From a virus (lineage: Duplodnaviria > Caudoviricetes): 27,300 nucleotides of DNA. The translations under genes were made by a program, and so were the position numbers. The DNA is taken from positions 1 to 27,300 of the IMG/VR virus record IMGVR_UViG_3300020374_000029; one strand, given 5' to 3'. Under the pieces are notes generated by a model. It was not told the origin of the DNA and did not search any database. It was given only the letters and a program-made list of their open reading frames with translations. Within the stretch, counting starts at the first letter, position 1. Each line of letters starts with the position of its first letter. Below are positions 1 through 6,716 of this stretch, one piece after another.

Positions 1-1735
1 TGGCAACGAATGTATCTTTCAATGATTTCATAAATCCGCCACCTTCTTCTTCTGATTTGCCAAATCCTGATACTGCATCAATAATATTTTTGATGTAATC
101 AATAAATTTTTGTATCATGTCACCTAAGAAGCCAATTAATTTTTCAACTCTTGTTTGTCCTGTTTCAGGATCTCTTTGTGTTAGATAATTTGCAAAATTA
201 GATAATGCATCTTGAACTGTGTCAATTACAGCAGACATACCTTTCATTATTTTTGTGTTACCAAAAATAGAAACAAATAAATTTGTAAATGCTGATCTAA
301 CTTTGTTCATTGCTGTTGAGAATAGTAAAAATGCTTTAGATGTTTCATCAGGATCAACAGATGATCTTAAATCGTCAAGTGTACCTGCCAACATTTCCAT
401 TTCTTCTTCTGGAATGTTTCTTACCATTCTATTAAATTTAATAATATAAGCCGCTTGAGCATCACCTTGCATTTCTAAAGCTCTGAGTCTTTGGAAATCA
501 GCATCTGTTAAATCTCTAGCTGATGTAATTAAATCATTAAATGCACCTTGTACATCTCCACCGCTTCTTACAGCTTCAGCAATACCTGATACACCTTGAT
601 AAAACTCACCTGATGCCGCAATAGTACTTCTTGCTAGTTCAGAGTATGCCGCACCTTGTCTACCAACTGCTTCTGATACCATTTGAGATAGTGGTCCACC
701 AATTTCGTTACCTAATGCTCCAGCAAATGAACCTGCTAATAATAAACCATCAGCCGCTTCGGCACCAGCTTCACCTAAACTCATTAAGTAGTTGGTTGCT
801 GAGTCTGTTGCAAGAGTTTGTTGTGCAATTTTTTGAATTGTATCAACTGTTTGTTTTGTTAAACTTGTTAGTGCCATGTTTTGTGCAACAAAATTCATTG
901 TACCTTGGTGTATTTGTTGATTATTCATTCTTGTTAGAACACCTGTTGCTCTCATGGTATCCATGTATTCAGCTGACATTGATATCAATGCTTCTTGTGA
1001 TAAACCAAATTGTCCTACTGCTTCAGTGGTATTAATTAATCTCGCATTAAGATCTGCAAATCTTTTCATTCCAACTATACCAACTGTAGTTGAAAATGTT
1101 GAAACTAGTTCAACAAATCTATCTGTTGATATAAACATTCTTGATGACATATCAGCTACTTGCATCAAACCATTTGCGGCCGCTGTTTGAGATTCTTGAA
1201 ATACAAAACCCTGTCTAAATAGAGTCAAGTATTGATCACTTATGTTTACAATCTTGGCAACCAGAGCACCAACGGCAGTTGCAAGACCACCTATTGCCGC
1301 ACCCATTACACCCAACTTGCTTGTTACTGTACCAAGTGCTTTACCAAATACACCTAATCCTTTTGGCTCTTGCAATCCTTTTACAGTTTTATCATATGAC
1401 TGACGTGCCGCATTACCCATAGCATCACGCAGATTACCAAACAATCTATTTCTATCTTTATCAAGTTTAGATTGATCTTGAAGTACTTTAGTTTGTTTGG
1501 ATCCAATTTCTTTGAATATATCTGCGGATGTTTTCTGAGCTTCTGAGAGTTTAGTTTGTTGATTAGCAATTTTTCCTAGTCCTTGTCTAAGGACAGCAGT
1601 GGTTTGTGTAGAACCACCTGACATTTTTTCCATTGCTTTTGCAAGTCTGTCAAGGGTTTGTTCAGTTGCGAAGCCACCTTGTTTCGCAACATCTATTTCA
1701 AAACCCGCTATTATAATTCTATCGCCGTCTGCCAT
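1..1735 (-). CDS. Tape-measure-like tail protein (5' part; runs off the left edge)
   Basis: ATG at 1735 (MADGDRIIIAGFEIDVAKQGGFATEQTLDRLAKAMEK...). Translated by hand, the frame stays open to base 1 (about 578 codons). Ala/Gly/Leu-rich helical sequence with a hydrophobic stretch (KLGVMGAAIGGLATAVGALV). Late promoter upstream and tail chaperone-like genes next to it. Missing from the ORF track because no stop lies in the window. Confidence 0.7.
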   Translation of the reverse strand, partial: MADGDRIIIAGFEIDVAKQGGFATEQTLDRLAKAMEKMSGGSTQTTAVLRQGLGKIANQQTKLSEAQKTSADIFKEIGSKQTKVLQDQSKLDKDRNRLFGNLRDAMGNAARQSYDKTVKGLQEPKGLGVFGKALGTVTSKLGVMGAAIGGLATAVGALVAKIVNISDQYLTLFRQGFVFQESQTAAANGLMQVADMSSRMFISTDRFVELVSTFSTTVGIVGMKRFADLNARLINTTEAVGQFGLSQEALISMSAEYMDTMRATGVLTRMNNQQIHQGTMNFVAQNMALTSLTKQTVDTIQKIAQQTLATDSATNYLMSLGEAGAEAADGLLLAGSFAGALGNEIGGPLSQMVSEAVGRQGAAYSELARSTIAASGEFYQGVSGIAEAVRSGGDVQGAFNDLITSARDLTDADFQRLRALEMQGDAQAAYIIKFNRMVRNIPEEEMEMLAGTLDDLRSSVDPDETSKAFLLFSTAMNKVRSAFTNLFVSIFGNTKIMKGMSAVIDTVQDALSNFANYLTQRDPETGQTRVEKLIGFLGDMIQKFIDYIKNIIDAVSGFGKSEEEGGGFMKSLKDTFVA

Positions 1736-1763
1736 TTGAGATCTCTTTATACTAGTATATTAT

Positions 1764-1781
1764 TATTTATTGGATATATTA
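1764..1781 (-). promoter_or_regulatory. Late (gp55-type) promoter TAAT-N8-TAAATA for the tape-measure-like gene
   Basis: Minus strand reads cttaat-atatccaa-taaata, ending 28 nt before the ATG at 1735; resembles the T4 late TATAAATA box. Confidence 0.6.
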
Positions 1782-1791
1782 AGTGGGTAGT

Positions 1792-1809
1792 TAATCAAAC
1801 TACTAAATA
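1792..1809 (+). promoter_or_regulatory. Late promoter TAAT-N8-TAAATA for the gp26-like gene
   Basis: agttaat-caaactac-taaataatattaa, nearly identical in layout to 8639-8666; RBS GAGGA at 1833-1837. Confidence 0.65.
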
Positions 1810-1842
1810 ATATTAAAACTATACTTAATCTAGAGGACAAAA

Positions 1843-2709
1843 ATGGAACAAAAAGTTGAAGATAAAAAACAGGTAAGGCCAGCAAATCCACTAGCAGAGT
1901 TTTATAGACAACCAAAGCTATATGTTTCTTTGCCTAGTAATGGTTATTTTACTGACGAAAAAAATGTTGTACTAACAGCATCAGGAGAAGTAGGTATTAT
2001 GGCAATGACTGCCAAAGACGAAGCTCTTATGAAATCTCCAGATGCATTGCTTAACGGAGAAGCTGTTGTTGAAGTTATCAAGAGCTGTTGTCCGGGGATC
2101 TTAAATCCAATGGATCTACCACAACCAGATATTGATATTTTAATGTTAGCAATTCGTATGGCAACATTTGGTAGAGAAATGGAAATCCAAGCTAAATCAC
2201 CGCATTCAGGAAATACAGATACATACGTGTTAAACATTGAAGAACTATTATCTGAACAAACAAAACTTGAAAAAGAATATCCTGTGCATTTAGAAAATGG
2301 ATGTACAGTTTATATAAGACCTCATAGCTATGCAGTTACAACACAAATTCAATTAAGAGCATTTGAAGAAACAAAAGCTATACAACAAGCTCAAGCAAAC
2401 ACAGAACAAAGTATACAAAACTTTTCAAAAAGTTTTAGAAAACTTGCTGACATGAGTAATGATGTAATGGTAAACAGTATCTCAAAAATTAGAGTGCCAA
2501 GTGGCGAAGAAACAAATGACTCAAAACAAATTAGAGAATTTGTGCTTAATGTACCATCAACTGATATTAAAAAAGTTGATACTAAAATTGCTGAGATAAA
2601 CAGAATTGGTCTTGCTCGTAAAAGAACTGTTGTGTGTAAAGAGACACAAAAAGAATTTGATGCTGATGTAGAATTTGATATTTCAAGTTTTTTCGTAACT
2701 GGCTCTTAA
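1843..2709 (+). CDS. Baseplate hub / tail assembly chaperone, T4 gp26-like
   Basis: 288 aa with NPLAEFYRQPKLYVSLPSNG, MTAKDE, DIDILMLAIRMATFG and a C-terminal SSFF, as in gp26-like proteins of large myoviruses; good RBS. Confidence 0.75.
   Translation: MEQKVEDKKQVRPANPLAEFYRQPKLYVSLPSNGYFTDEKNVVLTASGEVGIMAMTAKDEALMKSPDALLNGEAVVEVIKSCCPGILNPMDLPQPDIDILMLAIRMATFGREMEIQAKSPHSGNTDTYVLNIEELLSEQTKLEKEYPVHLENGCTVYIRPHSYAVTTQIQLRAFEETKAIQQAQANTEQSIQNFSKSFRKLADMSNDVMVNSISKIRVPSGEETNDSKQIREFVLNVPSTDIKKVDTKIAEINRIGLARKRTVVCKETQKEFDADVEFDISSFFVTGS
2688..2694 (+). other. Putative -1 ribosomal frameshift slippery heptamer T TTT TTC
   Basis: AGT TTT TTC GTA in the gp26-like frame fits X XXY YYZ; the -1 frame is open from here to TAA at 2922-2924. 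Confidence 0.6.
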
Positions 2710-2747
2710 CTCACACCCCTGAAGAAATTACCAAATATGTAGATGGT

Positions 2748-2924
2748 ATGGAAAAAGATTTAAGGGCCTTAACTAGACAAATTCATGAAATGTGTTGGTA
2801 TATGAGGGGAAGTATATCATTAAGCGAGGCATGGATGATGGAATCACAGGATCGTGCAGATGTTTTTACATTTGTTAAAGACAACATGGAACGATATAAA
2901 AAGTCCATGGTGCCTGTAGTCTAA
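2748..2924 (+). CDS. T4 gp51-like baseplate hub assembly chaperone (58 aa from ATG; may mainly be the C-terminus of a frameshift fusion starting at 2694)
   Basis: MEKDLRALTRQIHEMCWYMRGSISLSEAWMMESQDRADVFTFVKDNMERYKKSMVPVV. The WYMRGSIS-EAW-M-R pattern is typical of the small ORF following gp26-like genes. Too short for the ORF track. Confidence 0.7.
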   Translation: MEKDLRALTRQIHEMCWYMRGSISLSEAWMMESQDRADVFTFVKDNMERYKKSMVPVV

Positions 2925-3220
2925 TAGCTTGGGTCTAAAATTTCTTTACAAGCATTATACCAGTATCTACCTGAATCTCGTAAACTCTCATTAGCAGTTC
3001 TTAATTTTTCCATTTGCTTTTCTAACGATTTAAATTTTGCTTCTGTAATAGGCTTACCTGAAGTCGAAAGTTTTTCTAGATCATCTAAAACTTTATCTAT
3101 GGCAGGACAGGTCTCATGTGATACTTTTGGAGACTTTGACTTCAGGCGCATATATATTTTCCGCGGTTGATACTTGTCAAGGAGTTTACGGATTTTTTCG
3201 TGTGTGTGGATGATTTTCAT
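2921..3220 (-). CDS. Hypothetical phage protein, 99 aa, helical/coiled-coil
   Basis: MKIIHTHEK...TCPAIDKVLDDLEK...LRTANESLRDSGRYWY. Start set at ATG 3220 because TAAATA (3234-3229) lies 8 nt upstream, implying a leaderless late mRNA. Confidence 0.6.
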   Translation of the reverse strand: MKIIHTHEKIRKLLDKYQPRKIYMRLKSKSPKVSHETCPAIDKVLDDLEKLSTSGKPITEAKFKSLEKQMEKLRTANESLRDSGRYWYNACKEILDPSY

Positions 3221-3279
3221 AACAAAATTATTTAAAGTCAGAGCTAGGGTAATAAACATTGTGTTAACCAATATAGTAA

Positions 3280-3735
3280 CTGTTAACTGTTAGATTTGCT
3301 CTAAAGAGCAAAATATCAACTTCGTTGATTTACAGTTTCTAAGTTAATTTAAATGATAAATGTATTTGCTTATTACCAAGATTTGGCCATACTCCACCCT
3401 AGTAAAGGGCGGAGTATCTCATTACCAGAGACAAGTCATCTAACCTACGGAACCTTACAGAGGCGGTCGTCCTTCAACCCCTATTATTCCTACTCCATAC
3501 GACGGAACTTATATGTACCCAAGGTTAGCAGTTTACATATAAGTTAATGGTTGCTTTTTCTCAGAGCCATTATCTTTTCAGCCTTTACGTTCAGCTGTTC
3601 ACGTGCGACATCAGATTCACCACCTTGTCTCGGCGCATTTCTGAGATATCAAATCACTAGAGTCGCTATATTGCCTATATTAGAATTTTGTTAGTAGATG
3701 TTTGCCTGCTTTTTTCTCTGTGTTCTGTGTAATGT
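3280..3735 (-). ncRNA. Putative large structured non-coding RNA of unknown family (~450 nt)
   Basis: No credible ORF. At least 8 hairpins, including a perfect 12-bp stem (3506-3517/3534-3545). Several helices close with G-U pairs only on the minus strand. A 7-bp loop pseudoknot and an upstream sigma70-like promoter. Ends are estimates. Confidence 0.65.
3285..3337. repeat. Y-shaped inverted-repeat cluster (three-way junction)
   Basis: AACTGT (3285-3290)/ACAGTT (3332-3337) enclose hairpins TTTGCTC-TAAA-GAGCAAA (3295-3312) and ATCAAC-TTC-GTTGAT (3315-3329); tandem TAACTGT x2 at 3277-3290. Confidence 0.75.
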
Positions 3736-3740
3736 TTGTT

Positions 3741-3770
3741 AGCATAATAGGAAATGCATAGAAAGGTCAA
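3741..3770 (-). promoter_or_regulatory. sigma70-like promoter facing the putative ncRNA
   Basis: Minus strand TTGACC-N18-TATGCT (alternatively N15-TATTAT), with an A-tract upstream. Confidence 0.55.
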
Positions 3771-3797
3771 CCTTTTTTTACAAATATTATTAACAGG

Positions 3798-3825
3798 TTG
3801 ACAAATATCAAATAAATGCTATAGT
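3798..3825 (+). promoter_or_regulatory. sigma70 promoter for the resolvase
   Basis: TTGACA-N16-TATAGT with extended -10 TGn; divergent from the ncRNA promoter. Confidence 0.65.
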
Positions 3826-3859
3826 ATAAGCTAAATTTAATTGACATAAAGGCTGACTA

Positions 3860-4450
3860 ATGAGTGGTACAAAATCCAAAAATAAAGGCAAAACATACGA
3901 AAGAGATGTTGCAAATCATCTTACAGAATTATATGGAGAGTCATTTACAAGGGTTCCTTATTCAGGTGCGTTTGTAGGCGGGCAAAATATTTCAAGAACA
4001 GAAACATTATCTGAAGGACAAACGAGAGGATTTAAAGGTGATATTATACCACCTGAAACATTTCCTTATCTTGTTATTGAAGCAAAACACTATGGCGAGT
4101 TTCAGTGGCACAACCTTGCATTAGGAGAACCTATCAAACAATTAAATGAATGGATTAAACAGGCAAGAGAATCTTGTGAAGCACAAGACAAGTGGATATT
4201 GTTTGTAAAAATATCTCGTCAAGGCTCATTTGCATTATGGGATCCTAATCAATGGAGAATGGAATATTTTAATATGTATCCTGCAGACCCTGAAAATGTA
4301 TTCACTTACATGGAATGGTCAAGATTCTGGTACATGAATAAAAAAGCATTCAAGGAGCAAAGTGCTAAACCTATGATTATTGAAACTGTTGAAGAAGAAA
4401 ATATTAATTCAGAGTTAGAAGATACAACAGAGTCGAATCCTGTTTCATAA
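3860..4450 (+). CDS. Holliday junction resolvase, Hjc-like PD-(D/E)XK nuclease
   Basis: KSKNKGKTYERDVA ... SGA ... GDII ... VIEAK catalytic pattern; RBS AAGG. Confidence 0.8.
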   Translation: MSGTKSKNKGKTYERDVANHLTELYGESFTRVPYSGAFVGGQNISRTETLSEGQTRGFKGDIIPPETFPYLVIEAKHYGEFQWHNLALGEPIKQLNEWIKQARESCEAQDKWILFVKISRQGSFALWDPNQWRMEYFNMYPADPENVFTYMEWSRFWYMNKKAFKEQSAKPMIIETVEEENINSELEDTTESNPVS

Positions 4451-4769
4451 TATCATCCAAAATATCTTGTACATCACCTAGGCCTTTTGCTGAACCATCT
4501 TTGAATGATTTAGTCATTGTTCTGTGTTCTTTGATAGCATCTTCGATTTGCTCTACACTATCGTAATCAGCTAATTGTACACCGCCTTGATCAACTGATA
4601 TTCTGCCATCATAACCCATCCAGGCTTCAACTAGATCATCAATTAATGGTGCCACATTTGTATACCACTTACATAATGCTTCATGCTGGGCAAACGATCT
4701 TGTTTGCCAATGCCAATATCTAACTTGGTTTAATAATTCTAATGTTGTTCTTGTATATTGTTCTACCAT
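4404..4769 (-). CDS. Dps/ferritin-like four-helix bundle protein (DUF5856-like)
   Basis: HWQTRSFAQHEAL-Y-IDDLVE ferroxidase-like motif and C-terminal LYLLTL; start at ATG 4769 with AGGA upstream. Confidence 0.7.
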   Translation of the reverse strand: MVEQYTRTTLELLNQVRYWHWQTRSFAQHEALCKWYTNVAPLIDDLVEAWMGYDGRISVDQGGVQLADYDSVEQIEDAIKEHRTMTKSFKDGSAKGLGDVQDILDDIMKQDSTLLYLLTLN

Positions 4770-4831
4770 ACGTATAATCCTAAATAAAAGGCAAGTGCTA
4801 TAATAAATGCCCAAAATAATAATCTACTCAT
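4763..4831 (-). CDS. Putative 22-aa single-pass membrane micro-protein MSRLLFWAFIIALAFYLGLYVW
   Basis: ATG 7 nt after a perfect TATAAATA; fills the intergenic gap; stop overlaps the next start (ATGGTAG); almost entirely hydrophobic. Confidence 0.6.
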   Translation of the reverse strand: MSRLLFWAFIIALAFYLGLYVW

Positions 4832-4838
4832 AATGTAA

Positions 4839-4846
4839 TATTTATA
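4839..4846 (-). promoter_or_regulatory. T4-type late promoter TATAAATA
   Basis: Exact match on the minus strand, overlapping the gp46 stop codon. Confidence 0.65.
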
Positions 4847-6716
4847 CGTTACCTACTAATTCTAGATCATTATCAAAAGTGGTAAAGCCGTGTTCCTTAA
4901 TTACATTTAATATATTTGTTACTCTTCCTACCAATTCATCTCTGTGTGATATTAAGAATACATTTTTATTTCGTTCTCTGCCCATTTTCTTTAATACAGC
5001 AATAGCAGATTCAACACCTTGTGTATCCATACCCGAATCAATTAATTCATCGATAAACAATAAGTTTAGCTGATTAGATGTTGTTTCAAATACATCTCTG
5101 AATGCCCAAGATAATCCAAGTATTAATCTGTTTCTTTCTCCTCTACTTAAATTATCAAAATCAAGCTCTCTACCAAGCTCAGTAATCATCACAGTTAAAT
5201 CAGATTGGAATACTACTTCATGTGGTAATCCTACTGTATCTAAATAATGATTCAATCTTGAATTCAAATAGTTTAAGTTCTGATCAATAATTTTCTTTCT
5301 AATAAACGAATCTTTGCTTGTTAACAATCTATACAAAAACTCTTGATGTTCTTTTAAACTTGTTAAACTGTTAATTGTAGCATAATCTATTACTTCTATA
5401 TTTTTTTGTTGCAGTTCATCTATCTGTTCTTGAATAGGATTAGTTTCTGTTTGTTCACGTTTTTCTTCAGACTGCAATGCTTCTAAGTTCTGTCTATGCT
5501 GATATGCTTCGTTCATAGTATTGTAGTATACAGACGGTTTAGTACCTATATTGTATGTGTTGCTTGTATGCGACGATATTATTGTATGTACGTTTGTATG
5601 CGACGATGTATGTGTTGTATTGTTTGTTGTATGTGTATGTGCCGACGATAATTGTTGTATACTATTGTATGTGGTTTGTATTTGCGTTTGCGTTGTATGT
5701 GATTGATTTTCGGTCTCCATCAGTTCTTTCTTAGCAGACTCCAGTATTTGATCATGTTCATCACTATTGTGCAATGCTTGATCACACGTGGGACACCTTT
5801 TGTCCTCTAGTGTAGCAATATTGTTTTTAAGACGCTGTACAGAGCTGTCTAGCTGTTTAAACGTGCCTATAGACTGTGTTAACTCTCGCTTCAACGATTG
5901 CAATGTAGTGTTATCTTGGTTCCATTTAACCAGCAGTTCATGACTGTCAATCTCTTCATCAATGTTCACTTTGTTTAACTGTGCAATGGAAGAACGCAAT
6001 TCAACTAACCGCTTTTCATGTGCATCATCCCATGCTTGTAATTTGATTCTAAACTTTCTAATGGTGTCTTCTACCTTGCTGTTAGACCGTTTGACTGTAT
6101 CGATTCTGGCTTCTTCACGTGTGATATCGTCTTTGATACTTTTGATTTCGTCTCTGAGCTTGCCAGCTTTTTCACTTAATTTTGTAATCCCGAGGAGCTC
6201 TTCAATCACTTCTCTTTGATCCCCGGCCTTCATTGCCAAGAAAGGTTCGTTGTACGTGTTCAAGGCCACAATGTGTTTGAACATCAAATGGCTCATTCCA
6301 AATATGCGTTCTACTTCTTGTTGGGTAAGTCTCGAATCCCCTTGGGCTTCGTTGGTGTCTGTGTCGTTTACTACAGCATCATCACATATAAACTTGAATA
6401 TGTTTGGCTTACGACCACGTTCAATTCTGTAGCTGTGACCGTCTTTGTCAAACTCCACAGTCACAATCATGTTCTTGCCGTTGGTCTTGTTGATCAAATT
6501 GTCACGTCTAATATTGTTCAATGCTATACCGTATATGGCATAGGATAGTGCATTTATGATAGTAGTCTTACCTGTTCCATTTCGAGATCCATCACCTCCT
6601 AGGTCCAAGTTATTGCCCAATACCAGTGTCATGCCTGGTGTGTCAAAGTTCACTGCCTGCACAGAATTACCCACACTCAGAAAGTTTTTAATTGATATGT
6701 TTTTTAGTTTTATCAT
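4842..6716 (-). CDS. gp46: Recombination endonuclease ATPase subunit, T4 gp46 / SbcC / Rad50-like
   Basis: Walker A NGTGKTT, coiled coils, Zn-hook CPTC, signature LSRGE, Walker B LFIDE, H-loop ISH. Confidence 0.95.
   Translation of the reverse strand: MIKLKNISIKNFLSVGNSVQAVNFDTPGMTLVLGNNLDLGGDGSRNGTGKTTIINALSYAIYGIALNNIRRDNLINKTNGKNMIVTVEFDKDGHSYRIERGRKPNIFKFICDDAVVNDTDTNEAQGDSRLTQQEVERIFGMSHLMFKHIVALNTYNEPFLAMKAGDQREVIEELLGITKLSEKAGKLRDEIKSIKDDITREEARIDTVKRSNSKVEDTIRKFRIKLQAWDDAHEKRLVELRSSIAQLNKVNIDEEIDSHELLVKWNQDNTTLQSLKRELTQSIGTFKQLDSSVQRLKNNIATLEDKRCPTCDQALHNSDEHDQILESAKKELMETENQSHTTQTQIQTTYNSIQQLSSAHTHTTNNTTHTSSHTNVHTIISSHTSNTYNIGTKPSVYYNTMNEAYQHRQNLEALQSEEKREQTETNPIQEQIDELQQKNIEVIDYATINSLTSLKEHQEFLYRLLTSKDSFIRKKIIDQNLNYLNSRLNHYLDTVGLPHEVVFQSDLTVMITELGRELDFDNLSRGERNRLILGLSWAFRDVFETTSNQLNLLFIDELIDSGMDTQGVESAIAVLKKMGRERNKNVFLISHRDELVGRVTNILNVIKEHGFTTFDNDLELVGNV
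5551..5700 (+). repeat. Array of TTGTAT (10 exact copies) and CGACGAT (3 copies) embedded in gp46
   Basis: TTGTAT at 5551, 5564, 5582, 5594, 5615, 5627, 5655, 5665, 5676, 5693; CGACGAT at 5571, 5601, 5643; TTGTATGCGACGAT twice (5564, 5594). Confidence 0.85.

Noticed and set aside
219-1569. Track ORFs 219..449, 631..1035, 954..1190 and 1381..1569
   Set aside because: Antisense or off-frame shadows of the long minus-strand ORF 1..1735; no RBS and unnatural composition.
3151-3271. Alternative starts at 3271 or 3151, and TTGACA at 3180-3175 as a promoter
   Set aside because: The -10 position implied by that TTGACA is poor and leaves no room before ATG 3151; ATG 3220 fits a TAAATA box better.
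3353-3547. 64-aa plus-strand ORF
   Set aside because: No RBS or family motif; lies antisense within the structured region, whose G-U pattern favours a minus-strand RNA.
3280-3735. tmRNA, tRNA, RNase P or group I/II intron identity for the structured region
   Set aside because: No tRNA-like acceptor/T-arm ends, no GAGGAAAGUCC RNase P core, no interrupted host gene or domain V motif seen by eye. A covariance-model search is still needed.
5551-5700. CRISPR array or intein/intron in gp46
   Set aside because: Repeats are 6-14 bp, irregularly spaced and lack unique 30-40 bp spacers; the insert is far too short for an intein and keeps the frame.
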